Shown: in pieces, positions 36,993-48,978 of the stretch
Numbering within the stretch: the first letter of the stretch is position 1
How the letters are laid out: each line of letters starts with the position of its first letter
Assembly (NCBI GenBank): GCA_900617105.1
Contig: UYFQ01000254.1
Location: forward strand, 1-63,895
Source of the DNA: Hydrurus foetidus
Taxonomy: Eukaryota
DNA length: 63,895 bases
Reading direction: 5' to 3'
Made by a program: the position numbers and the translations under genes
The notes under the pieces: generated by a model
The model's input: the letters and a program-made list of their open reading frames with translations, nothing else
What the model was told of the DNA's origin: nothing
Database searches by the model: none

Positions 36993-37930
36993 CTGATAAA
37001 CTGCCTTCATGTCAGATGGCATTGGTCTGGCGTGATGATGCTTCAATATTCTCTTGAAAATATTTCTTGCAACATGTCAACGATGAGAGCCCGTCACGCT
37101 GACGATTCACAGCTGTTGTTCTGTCAGTTTCGGTTGATGGTTGAAGTCAATCTGCTCTCTGGCAGCGACTTCCTAGTTAAAGAAGTGCAACGTCACCTGT
37201 TGTTCCTGAAATGAATGGTTTCGGAACACTTGAATGCGAAATATAATTTTTGCTTAAAAATATAGTACGCAACTAAAATCTGGAAAAGATAACTTTTTGT
37301 ATGGAATCACCAATATTTTTGTGGAGTCACCACTATTAGAGAATTGGCAGCAATTTCCGTTAGAAAGCAACTAAAAAGAAGATTCTAGAGATCATGCTCC
37401 TCGATGGAATCGGCATAAGACTCTTGTTGGCGACGATAGCTAGCTGATGTAGCATAGCAACTTCTCCAATGATCTGATGTAATACCAATTGTGTGTTTTG
37501 ATTGATGACACTTTATCTCAATTGAGCCGTGGAAACAAAAATATCAGATCTGAAATTGTTGATTTCCTTGCGACTGAGCTTGATGACGTTCATTTGAGGG
37601 AGTGGAAGTAAGCTGCCAATTCTCTATTCATTGACATGTGGAAATAAGCTGTACTACGTAATTTTTTTGGTGGCCTTTTCCATTTTATAGTGGTCATTCC
37701 ATTCTTTTGTGGTGTTTCCCAGTTTACGGTAGTGTTCCCATTCCTTTAGTGGTGGAAAAAATAAAGTGGCACCAAAATCAATGAAAGGATCAATTTCCAG
37801 GAAATAGTTGTAATTCCATAAAAAGTTGTAGTTTCTAGATTTTCTCTGTTCGTTATTTCGGTCCCAAATAAATATCCCACCTGATTGTGCAAACGGTCCG
37901 AGAACGGACCCAGGAAACCGTATTCAAATA

Positions 37931-38089
37931 TTGTGCCGGTCAAAACTAAACGGTGTTGCAAAATTTATTTTGCGGCATATTCGTGTTTTTGACCGCAGAA
38001 TCAAAGTAACAGTTATTTTGACCTCTCTCAAAAAAACGAAAAAACCTCCCCGCAAAATAAATCCTCCCGCTTAGTTTTGACCGGCACAA
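37931..38089. mobile_element. Small MITE-like inverted-repeat element
   Basis: 19-bp IR TTGTGCCGGTCAAAACTAA / TTAGTTTTGACCGGCACAA. Confidence 0.6.
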
Positions 38090-38150
38090 CACGTACAGCA
38101 GTGAGTACGAAGTATGAACGCACTGATTTGACAGGAAGATACAGTATCAG

Positions 38151-39471
38151 CAACCATATAAAAGCAATAATTGTACTTTAAATTAATTGTCAATTAATTG
38201 CAATTATTTATCAGCAATTATTAATTGTTTGAGCTGGGCCATCGAATTCCAATTAACAATTAATTGCCAATAATTGCAATTATTAATTGTTCGAAAAGAC
38301 CAATTATTGTCTTGAAAACTGACAATTATTGTACAATTAATTGCATGTTCATATCCAATTAATTGTTTAATAATGTCCAATTAATTGGTAGGTAACATCC
38401 AATCAATTGTTATTAAATAACTAGCAATTCACTATTTTTGATTATTTAGCAACTAAATGGGTTATCAGAATTGAGCAGGGTCGGTGGCCGAGCTTGCCTA
38501 CCCAACTCGCCCAGGCCAAGCTAAGTTCTTGACTACCTCGGCCACGGCCTAGCAGTAGCCCAGCCAAATGTTTAGTTACTATCAATCATGATATGAAACT
38601 GCTATGTATATGTATTATGAACATGGTTATGAAGTGGGGTCAATGAACTCGATGTATTACGAAAGTTATTAACTTTATAAAGCCATTATACAGTGAGTAT
38701 GTGTGTGTAGGTAAGAGTTAATGGAAATAAGTGTAAAACATATAATAATAATCGTATTATTACGACTAATAGCTGCATTTGGCTCCATTTGGTGTGATCT
38801 ATCGCACCAATGATGTGTCATGGGATGATTCGATAAGTGCGAAATGATATTACTGGTTCAAAACAACTGATTTCGTTCTTCCAAGCTTTTGGCTATTGGC
38901 CGTGACCGAGTTGGCTGTGACAAGCTTGGCCCGGCCACCAGCTCTACAATCTACAATCTACAATTGAATGGTCAGAGTTCAAACTGCAACAGGGCAATTT
39001 ATAAGTATTCTATCACTCTATTGCTGCATCGATATAAATGACACATACCAGAAGTCACAGCATCGACTGACAGCCAGTCACGTAAATGTCTTTCAACAAG
39101 CTTATTGTATATTGTAGCTCACTTCTTCGAGAAAGGAGAGAATTTTGTTGAACACCTCAAGAAGAAGAACATCTACAAATGTCTTTGCGCAGAAATCTGC
39201 GGCAGAGAGTGCGTCAGCAAGCACAATTCCTTCTCAGTTATCGCTAACAGTGGTTACACAAACCTGAGGAATCACATTAAAGAATGCATACCAGATTGGG
39301 AGTCCGTTTATAGTAATCGTGGCGTTGGGAAGTGTGACATCAGAAATCATATTGTACAATTAATTGTACAATATCTATTAATTGGTTTCTCAGATTTATT
39401 AATTGCAATTATTAATTGTAGAATTATTTCCGTCAACAATTAATTGTACAATTATCAGTTTTATATGCTTG
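38151..39471 (-). mobile_element. hAT-type non-autonomous element, copy 3 (inverted), with internal BED-finger-like fragment
   Basis: TIRs CAACCATATAAAA / TTTTATATGCTTG; perfect 8-bp TSD AGTATCAG. Confidence 0.9.
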
Positions 39472-40253
39472 AGTATCAGATACCAGATATACCAGATAGG
39501 TAAAATTGAAAGTTAGATGCCCATGATTTATTCTCTCGAGGAAGTCCTTAGCTATGGCGGATGCACCACAGGTTATATCATTCACTTTATCTGCGTCAAT
39601 CCTAATCGTACTACCGTAGGAAATAAACCTGTGTTCAGGTGATCCTAATGAATCCGTATATAATTTCCAATACTCCCAACGATGCTGCACAAGATAGCCC
39701 ACATAAGTACAATAGATATCATTAAACAATCGTGAATAAATTGATATGTTTCGTGTCTTCGTATGGCATCAAGGAGAAATTCTGTTTTTCTGATTTCTTT
39801 TGGTTTTGACAATCGTATAGTACCATCACTTTGGCCCTTCGCATCGTAGGGTCATGACCAACAATTTCTGTCCCACAATGGCGATTATAAGCAACAAATT
39901 TTCAGATTTAATTTTTGACTGCTTAGAATTTAAAATTTCAAGTTTCGATGTTGCTGCTTAACAATCAGCATATTAAATACTTACATTGCGCGCTAAATGA
40001 GGTCGTAAGTTCTAGTGTCGCGAAAATTCAACATGAGTCGATTTCATTACGTCAGCGTACGGAGTGAGTAATAATCAAAAACAAACAGATATTCGTTTTC
40101 ACATGCTGGAAAGTGTGAAAAGTGGAGAAAAATATTCTCACAAAAAAAGTGCGTTGTATGCTGATATTTAAAATTCAAAATTCATGATACAGCTTTCTCA
40201 TGTGCTTGTATTTGATGGGATTCAAGATAATATGACGGTATTTGAGAAACTCT

Positions 40254-43200
40254 TCAGCCACTATTTCTCATGCCGTTGGCAATACCATTAATGGTGATTA
40301 GAAGAGCATCCCTCAAAATCTTTTCTTCTGCTTCATTGACGTCTTTGTGCTCATGTCTGAGTCTCTTGAGTAGCTCCGCTTGAATAACGTTGAGAGGATC
40401 AACATACGGATTTCGCACTGCCATACTTTTTAAGAGAGTTTGATTATTCTCTTGTAGCACAGTGTGTCCTGAAATGGCGAGAACTGTTTTACTCGTAGTT
40501 TCCAACTGTGCTCTTAATTCCCTACCAAGCGCCAAGCACTCCTCATCATGCACCAACTGCAAATCATAATTTGCAGCAATATCCGTCTCACTTTTCGCCA
40601 GAATCATTTCAACTAAATCTATGATGGTGCGGAACCACGGCCAGTCCTGATACATCTCCTTCAGTATCACAGGATGAGATTCCAGTTCTTGCTGTAGAGC
40701 AATACCAACACCAAGCCATGCGGGAAGATTCAGTCTGGTCTGGGTCCAAGCAAACACCCATGGGATGGCACGTAGACTTTCTACGCCCCCTTTAGGGTTT
40801 CTCTTCGCTGGCCGGGACCCTACGTTAAGCCCAGATAACTCCAATTCCGGAGTTGCGCTTCGGAAGTACGGAACAAAGCGTGGCTCTTCCCGCACTACTT
40901 TGCGATAAGCAGCGCATGATACAGTGGAGAGGCGTTCCATGACATCCCTCCACTCTTTCTTTGGCTCTGGACGAGATGCAAATCGCTCTGCTAATACGCC
41001 TGCAGTGAATAGATCGAGAGTCTTCTCTGCCATACCTTCTTGACCCAAATTCTGAGTAATCATCTCTCCCTGCAAGAGAGCGTGTGACGGTGATAAATGA
41101 TTCTGGAAAAAAATGAACCATGGGAACTGGTATCATACAGCGAGCAACAGACATACCTGCTCAGTCACTCTGAATCTTCCGTTGATAGTCTGGGGTGGAT
41201 GGGCTAGAATGGCGTCATACACCGCAGGGTTGCCCCCTCTCCCCACCGTGCCGCCTTTACCGTGAAAGAAGGTAACCTCTATACCGTGTCTTACGGCACA
41301 CGCGGCCATAACCTTCTGTGCATTGTACTGAGCCCAAGATGCTGCGAGTCTGCCTGCATCTTTGGCTGAATCACTGTACCCTACCATGATCTCTTGTTTG
41401 CCGTGGATGCGTCTCGTGTACGCCTCAGTTGTAAAGAGAGTTTCTACAGCGCCTGGGGAGTTGTTAAGATCATCGAGTGTCTCAAATAAGGGCACAACTC
41501 GAAGGCAGGGCGTAACGCCTGCATCCTGCTGTAGTAGAAGCACAGCCATGACATCTGATGCTCTCTGGCACTGAGATATCACGTACGCGCCCAATGAGCC
41601 TTGTTCTAGACTAGCTGCTAATTCGAATGTTCTTAACGTATCTAGGACAGTCATGGAGAAACCTAGCGAAGAAAGGGATCGTCCCCGGGGCAGAAGGGGT
41701 CGATTTGATGTCAGCTCGGTGGACAGCCAAGCGATTCTTTCTGTTTCACTCCAGTCATCGTAGTTACCAAGTCCAAGAAAAGATGTGATCGCTGTGAGAG
41801 CCTCTGTGTGTCTGGTGGACTCCTGTCTGATATCTAGTGGCATCAGTGCAAGTCCAAATGCCGCTACTCTACGAATAGTATCAGCTAGTGTCCCACTAGC
41901 AGCTGATCCCATGCCTGTCTCCATGAGAGACCTGTGCATCATCATCAGTGGATCCATCAAATCAGAGTCGTGGATCAGAGGTTGAGCGCCGCCACTCTGA
42001 CCAACCCATTTCTCTCCTTTAATGCCTGCAGCGGACCATTCTAATGTGGCATCTAGACGTGCTTCAAGGCCCTTCATCAGCACTCTGTACGGCTCTCTGT
42101 TTCCGTCTGCTGCTGCTATCAACTCAGCTGAAGCGTGTCTGAATGACAGATTATTCTTCAACTCGTTTATATCCGTCCTGAACAAGTTGGCAGCTGTCCA
42201 GCGGGACATCATTGACACTTCACGAGTAATCTCTGGGGTAACATTCGGGTTGCCGTCTCTGTCGCCACCCATCCATGAAGTGATCTTGATGGGAGTTATG
42301 TTCAATGGTAGGGACTTCCCGAACTCTTGTTGAAGTGCGTCATCAAGTTTGCGCAAATAGTTTGGAAGAGAGTACCACAGCACATTCTCCACGATAGCTA
42401 ATCCGCCTCTAGCTTCATCGAGAGGAGTTGGCTTGCTGCGCATGAGCGCGTCAGAGTTCCACATTGAAAGCACTTCTGCCTTCAGCTGCTTAGACAATTG
42501 ACGTCTCTCGTACTCCAGAAGATCAGGGCGATCTTGCTGCTCAAGGGCTTCTTTGATTCTTTGATGCTTGCGCAGCATGGTTCTTCTGTTCACCTCAGTG
42601 GGATGTGCTGAAGAAGAAAGTTGCAAGTTAAGTATTTGATAAGGTTGGGACAATCATAGATGAGCAAACGCCGTGTTCATCTTCCTAAAGTGAGCATATC
42701 AAGTTCACCTGTTAGAACTATCTCCACGGATTGTTTGCTTAGTGCATCGAGAACTTCATCAGCAGTCATTGCATGCGTTGAAACCAGTCTTCGGATTGTG
42801 CCAAGTGCAGAATCATGTTTGGTCGATAGAGCAGCAGTCGCTTGGGTTTCTAGCATATATTCTCGTAATCTTCTCATGCGATGATGATTTTCTGCCGAAT
42901 TTGATAGCGAAAGGAAATGACTGAAGGCTCGTCCAACGTTACTGATCTTCTTCGCGTCGTAGCTTTTCACCTCCTCGACCATTTCGTTCAATTTACCCTT
43001 ATCACCACCAGGCAATCGCCACTAAATTGCAAAGGTTACAAATGTGAATTTCGATTAATGCTCTGAGTATATTCATTGAACATGTTAGAAAATGTGCACG
43101 AACCTCGCGTCCTAGTTGACGGAGTTTTTCAACAGCTTCGAAGACATCACTGTCCTCTGCTTTGATAGCGTCACCAAGAGTAATTCCAAGAAACTTTACG

Positions 43201-43298
43201 TCATTGCGAAGCTTTTGATTGCTGGAAGACGCTGCTTCTGCGAAACCCCTTCTTGAATTCAGCTGAACAACGCTGCTGCTGATAATTCTCCGTAGCAT
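40254..43298 (-). CDS. PEPC: Phosphoenolpyruvate carboxylase, multi-exon, with mitochondrial-type presequence
   Basis: VLT|AHPTE, SWMGGDRDGNP, QEIMVGYSDSAKDAG, FHGKGGTVGRGG, RVTEQ|GE, LRAIPWVFAWTQ, C-terminal MRNSG; GT-AG introns. Confidence 0.96.
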
Positions 43299-43733
43299 TT
43301 TTGACTTTTACCACTGGATGCTACAAAATTTGATCAGAACAACCGTATGATTACCAGCCTTTCAGATTGACGGCTGCACGATTGAGAAGCCTTGTCCGAG
43401 AGCGCTAATTTCTCGCTGGTGTACGTGGGTCACAATTATAAGGAAACGTTGCGAGGCAAAGCAAGTTCAATTGCAGGAGGACACACAGCTTGCAAATGCA
43501 CATTCCGTAGTCGGAATCCACCGGTCTAGGGTCTTTGTTGAAATTTGCCGGAAAAGAAATTCTTGGTCCATAACACCTTTTCAGTCTTTCACCCACAACT
43601 ATTTTCAATGATCGAATTATTGACTTCTGAATAGCGCAAATTGTAGACCATGTAAAGATTAGTGGTTTGGCCGAAGAAAATTGAATACAAAAATCTATTG
43701 ATGATGATAGAGCACTAAACGTCAGTGATGATA

Positions 43734-44527
43734 GGTCCTTACAGGAGTCGGATTTTTTCCAGTCTGTGTCGAAAGTCCAGGGTTTACTTATGTAAGCCCA
43801 AAAGGGGGTTTGCTTTTTTTGAACTCGAGCTTGCAACATGAAAAGCAGTCACTTCTCTCTCTACTCCAGATTACACAACTAACCAACGGAGCCACCTCCT
43901 TGACTCCCGTTTGGATTTTCGGAGCCACCCTGACATCAGCCTACAGGTAGAATTTTTAAATCCTAGATTCCATGCAGAAATAATTTCAAATGACTCCATA
44001 CAGTCAAAATTGAGCCGTTTTGGCAACCCAACTTTTCTGACTCGTGAAATCTTCTATCACTGCATTTCAACCCTTGATTTTCTCTGAGTCTTTAGAACTG
44101 ATATCACTCTGCATAGAGCCAAAATTTCAGCTCTGTACGATGCATTCCAAATTATTGCAACAGCATCTCATTATCGTTTTTACACCTTATGATTTGCAGA
44201 TCACTCGTCAAGCCATCAACATCTTGTTTGCGACGATTCAGAGCACGAATTTTCGTGAGATCTCAGTAAACGTAGTACTATGACTACTCGTAACTTCAAC
44301 TCTTTGATTTGAACTGCAAATTTTTCTGTTCTAATATTCTAACAGTGTATTTTCACATTCAAATGTGCACCATAGTTTACAGAGTAACTTTCTACAAATG
44401 ACTGCTCTTGATCTACTTTTTCATTTTTATTGCACATTAATATACATTGTGAAAGCCCTCTGAATTTCCTTTCAAGCCGACTCATCCTTGATAATATCGA
44501 TACCATATCATTTTTTTCTTGTAAGGG
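43734..44527 (+). repeat. Dispersed ~790-bp repeat, copy 2; possible short TIRs CCTTACA/TGTAAGG
   Basis: Matches 3903-4686; no clear TSD. Confidence 0.85.
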
Positions 44528-45213
44528 TCGATGGAGCTTATTTATACGGTAGAATTTGCTGTCAAGGTGGTTGGCAATGGCATGAACAATGGCCGTTGCA
44601 TCTCAGGCGACAGTTTGCATTTCGTTCGAGAGTACGACAATGCGCACGGTGGGTGATCATACGCGAGAAATTACTAACCTACCTGAATATTATGTAGACG
44701 GTCACTAAAAATCACTTATTTTTTTGTATAGGACCGTTCGCCGTGAGAGTTGAGAATTTGGACGAGCCTGGAATAACCATCGGCAGAATTAGGAGACACT
44801 CATCAGATGATGAGGCATGTATTTCTGCTTTGTTAGAGTACATAGATCCTAATGTGTACACTGTTGCGTACGTAACATTAAGTGATTCTGATAAGTCATA
44901 CAAATCATCAATGATTGGTTTTGATGTTAGCATCAAAGTAGGCTGTAAACTTGAATGTAATTATGATAGTCTCCTACAATTCTTGTCTGGTTACAATATT
45001 TCTGAGATGACCTTCGCGTAGTTGCACATTTTTATTACTTATTAGTTAATATTCATAACATCACGGGAAATTGCTTACTGGTTTTAAATACTAGAATTTG
45101 TTGCAGTTAAGCATGAATTGTTAAGCAGTGTGCATGGTGCTTTTTAAATCTTTTTTTACAATTGACTTTGTAGCAATACCAGTTTGCGCAAGTAGTGCAC
45201 CCCAGCCAACCAT

Positions 45214-45640
45214 TGTGACCCGCACACCCGTACGGGCTGTACGGGTACAGGCGTACGTTCGGACCGGATCGAGGACGATCCGATCCATCCGATTCATTGC
45301 CATGATACCTGCTGTGTTTACCTGTAAGCTAACCACATTGTTTCCATAGCAAAAGCTCTCCCAGCTTCTTTTCCCTTGCTCCCGCTCCCAGCCGTCCCGC
45401 TCCCAGTGCCTAGATCCTGGCAAGGCCACAATACCGGTATTTGGAACCAGCTAGTGATCTCTAAGATCCAAGTTGACCAAACGTCCCAACCAAAAATCCC
45501 GCAACGACCGTAAAACAGTCTGAGCAACAAGTTGAGTAACTCTCCAAGAGTGAAAACCACCCAAAACGATACTACAAAGGTCTCGTCAACACGACAGCCT
45601 CTGAATCGTAGTCGTTCGCGACCTCAAATATTGGCGATTT
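45214..45640 (+). mobile_element. Gypsy C: 5' LTR (45214-45430) plus leader, same family as A/B, no coding region retained
   Basis: TGTGACCCG...GGCCACA then ATACCGGTATTTGG; leader aligns with the B leader (CTACAAAGG..CGACAGCCTCTGAA). Confidence 0.88.
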
Positions 45641-45927
45641 AGAGCTCGTTCGGTAACTCCTGATTCTGCTGTCTTTCTCGAATCGACCCACGAATTCGCT
45701 GTCTTTTCACAAGGCACTGTCCTCGACAAGACAGCGGAATATTCTGACCAGAAAAAAACACTGCATTGAGAGAAAAGCACTGCTTCGTAGATACGACTCC
45801 GGACTCGTATCTTTTTCGCTGTATTTTCTTCTTTCTGCTGTCTTCAGCTGACGCTCTCCAAAAAGCAAATTGCACACCATTCGAATACTTCTGCTCACAT
45901 CTCTCACAAATACATAGCATAACAAGC

Positions 45928-46854
45928 ATGGCAGAACGAACGAAATGGACAGAAAGGAGCCGCGCGTGTTTTATCAAAGCCATGATCTCCGAGATAGATG
46001 CAGGAGTCTTCGTTGACTCTGGATTCAAGAAAGCATCGTGGCAGAAAATTGTTGCAGCCCTCAACGAAAACTACGAAAACAAAAGGGAGACATCCGAGCC
46101 CAAGTTTACGTATACGAAGCAACAGTGCCAATCTTATTACTCCAAAATCAAAAGTCAGTGGTCAGTCTACGATATGCTGATGAACAATAGTGGATTCGGT
46201 AGAGATCCTGACACAGGAGGCCCGACTGCCTGCGACTCTGTCTGGAACGCCGTCATCGCTGCTCACAAAGATGCAGTGAATTACAGGCACAAGGTACTCT
46301 CACTGTACGAGGAATGCACCTACATCTTTACTGGGAAAAGCGCAACGGGGAAGTATGCGATATCTTCGGTGTTCACGACACCTGACGTTCCTTTCAAAGC
46401 GGAGAAGAAAAGGAATCTCGAGGACAGCTGGACTGACGATGAGCCGCAGAACTCAATCGACATAGAGGTTGGAGGAACGCAATCGTCCCACAAGAGAAGC
46501 TCGACATTTGAAGATTGTGGAAGCTCCGTCGAAGACTCCGTCACAGCCGTCAAGAAACCGGTCAAACCTCTGCCATCAAAGAACGGGTACAAGAAAAACA
46601 GAGCGAGCCCCCAAGATGAAGTTTTAAAACTTCTGAATGTCATCGCTAAAAACCAGGACAAATTAGTGAGTCATCACACCGCGCCGAGTGATTTAGCACA
46701 GGCAATAGCTCTCTTCAAAGCTGAACACTCGGGTGGCCTGGATGCCGGCCAGAGATCCAAGTTCCAGAAGTACTTGAAGGAAAATTGCGGTATCTTTATC
46801 CTACAGGATGAGGAAGAAAGGAACGAAAGTATTAGAGAGTGCTTAGATGCTTAG
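45928..46854 (+). CDS. Myb/SANT-like DNA-binding protein of the Harbinger element
   Basis: MAERTKWT...SGFKKASW...YTKQQCQS...K.QW...NSGFGRDP...VW pattern; first ATG at 45928. Confidence 0.88.
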   Translation: MAERTKWTERSRACFIKAMISEIDAGVFVDSGFKKASWQKIVAALNENYENKRETSEPKFTYTKQQCQSYYSKIKSQWSVYDMLMNNSGFGRDPDTGGPTACDSVWNAVIAAHKDAVNYRHKVLSLYEECTYIFTGKSATGKYAISSVFTTPDVPFKAEKKRNLEDSWTDDEPQNSIDIEVGGTQSSHKRSSTFEDCGSSVEDSVTAVKKPVKPLPSKNGYKKNRASPQDEVLKLLNVIAKNQDKLVSHHTAPSDLAQAIALFKAEHSGGLDAGQRSKFQKYLKENCGIFILQDEEERNESIRECLDA

Positions 46855-46999
46855 TATTGTTAATACAGCTCACTTTTCTCTAATCTTAATAATCTCTTGA
46901 TCAAGAATACCACCATACTTTGACATTAAAAACAAGCTGTGAAATTGAGTTGATGTCGATACAGCGTAATCTGAATCTTTATTTACGTCACGACAAAAT

Positions 47000-48204
47000 T
47001 CACTCATCATCTTCATCTTCACCCTCAGATCCATATCCATTCTCTTGTATGTAAGCTACGTAGTCATTCCACATAGCAGTCGAAATTCCATCACGCCATT
47101 GCTTCAACTCATTGCCATTACCAAGAACTTCTGCTACCTCATCAACATCGTCCTCATCATCATTAGCATTATTGATTTCAACATCAGGTATATCAAATTC
47201 GTCATCGTACAGCTGGTGAGAACGAATAAAGTTATGCAACATCATAGCACAAAGCACAAGATCGCATTGGAAAGGAAATGCATAGGGGCTCATTTCAACT
47301 AAAATGGGGAATCTCTTTTTCACTACACCAAATATTCTTTCAATTACATTCCTTAATGAAGAATGTCTCAGATTATATAACTCTTTCGCATTCTGTGGCC
47401 TTCTATTACCTTCAGCCCACTCCCTTAAATGATACCGCACCCCCCTGTACGGAGTCAGGACTTTCCATGATAAGGCATATCCTGCATCACCCAAGTAGAA
47501 CTTCCCTGGCAGAATAGGTAAGCCCTTCATTCTGGCATCATCTAGGACTCTGCTGTCGTGGGCAGATCCTTCCCAACCAGCGAGAATATAGCTGAACAAC
47601 ATGTCAAAATTTGCAACCGCCAGAACATTCTGACTCATTGTATTTTTCCTGTTCCGAAAGGGTTTTCTCTCATCTGGCGGAACAACTGCGTGGATGTGAG
47701 TTCCATCTAAAGCACCGATACAATTATCGAAGTAAGGCGAGAACTTGCGTGAGTTCGATATTTTCGACTGGATAGGATCTAGTACTGTAGGTGGAACAAT
47801 CAGATAATGTTTGCACATTTTCATGACTGTGGCAACTTGGTGAACTACGAGTGAAATTGTAGAACCAGAATGTTGCCACCTTTCATTGACTGATCTATTT
47901 GTGTGACCCACAAGAACCAAAATAAAGATGAGAAGTTTCTCTCCAGTTGACATATACTTGGAATCCCTGAATCCTCCACGACTCTCCAAAAGTAACAGCA
48001 GTTCATCAAATGTGTTTCTGTCCATTCGCGTGACATTGTGGAATCGGACTGTACTTTGGGTCTCAAGAAGTTCCTGCACAGTTGTCCCGTCAATATTGAA
48101 TCATGCTGCGCTATTGGCTCTTTAGCTGCTCGTACGACATTGCTTTTCAGAATTAATGCCACTAGAGAAACGGTATCTACGCCAAGCAACCCAACTTCGT
48201 CCAT
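47000..48204 (-). CDS. Harbinger/HARBI1-like DDE transposase (frameshift near 48082)
   Basis: HDSILTGQ|VQELL, CIGALDGTHI, GWEGSAHDS, YLGDAGY, RNVIERIFG..K.RF, LHNF. Confidence 0.92.
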
Positions 48205-48548
48205 GCTCTTTGCTGTGCGATTGCTGAATAGCTACGTGCAAGTATGATGGATCGATATATGTGATGAGGTATTGCTGCTGCTGTTGATAGGAAGCAGTGA
48301 TTTGATTTGTGTACATCGTGTTCTGTAGTCCAATCCACTGTCTGAACCGATCCACTGTCTTTTTCTATTACAGTGGATCGATGAAGACAGCGGAATAAAA
48401 ATCGAAAGTTACCGAACGAGCTCTAAAGGTGGAACCACCATCCGGTTAATCCCCCAATTACCGTATAAGAAACAGAAGCAAGAACGTATGGAACGTACAG
48501 ACCGTCGAACGTTTCAACTTTTTATTACCGAACGGAACGAACGCTCTC

Positions 48549-48951
48549 TGTTGGGATATGCGTAGACTAGGAATCCCTTTGGGGATAATATCATGAACGA
48601 TATCCAGTCCGGATAGTTGTAGCTTAGGCATACGTTTTATGATTCCTTGTAGACCGGTTGATACTATACACCAACCCGCGGTCACATCAGGAATGAAATG
48701 TTGGAGTGATGAATCACACCAAGTAGCATACTAGCAGTTAGTATACAGCTGATGAAGTGGATGTTTTGACATGCTAACCACTTCTTATTAAAAGAGACTA
48801 TATGACATCACGTCATTATACCTACACTAGTTGACTTTTCTGCTGCTCTGGCTAGGCTTGCATTTCACAAGGTGTATTCTCAACGAATCACTAGCAACCT
48901 ACCAGTTCAGTACCGGGATCAGTTATCCCTAAAGGAACGGTTTTACCAAGA
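48549..48951 (+). repeat. Copia 5' LTR (TGTTGG...CCAAGA)
   Basis: Direct repeat of 54071-54473. Confidence 0.97.
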
Positions 48952-48978
48952 TAATAAGAAGCCTTTAAAGACTTTATC

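Larger units (their letters stand above)
45642..48423. mobile_element. PIF/Harbinger DNA transposon with two convergent ORFs
   Basis: TIR GAGCTCGTTCGGTAACT / AGTTACCGAACGAGCTC; Myb-like gene plus DDE transposase. Confidence 0.92.
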
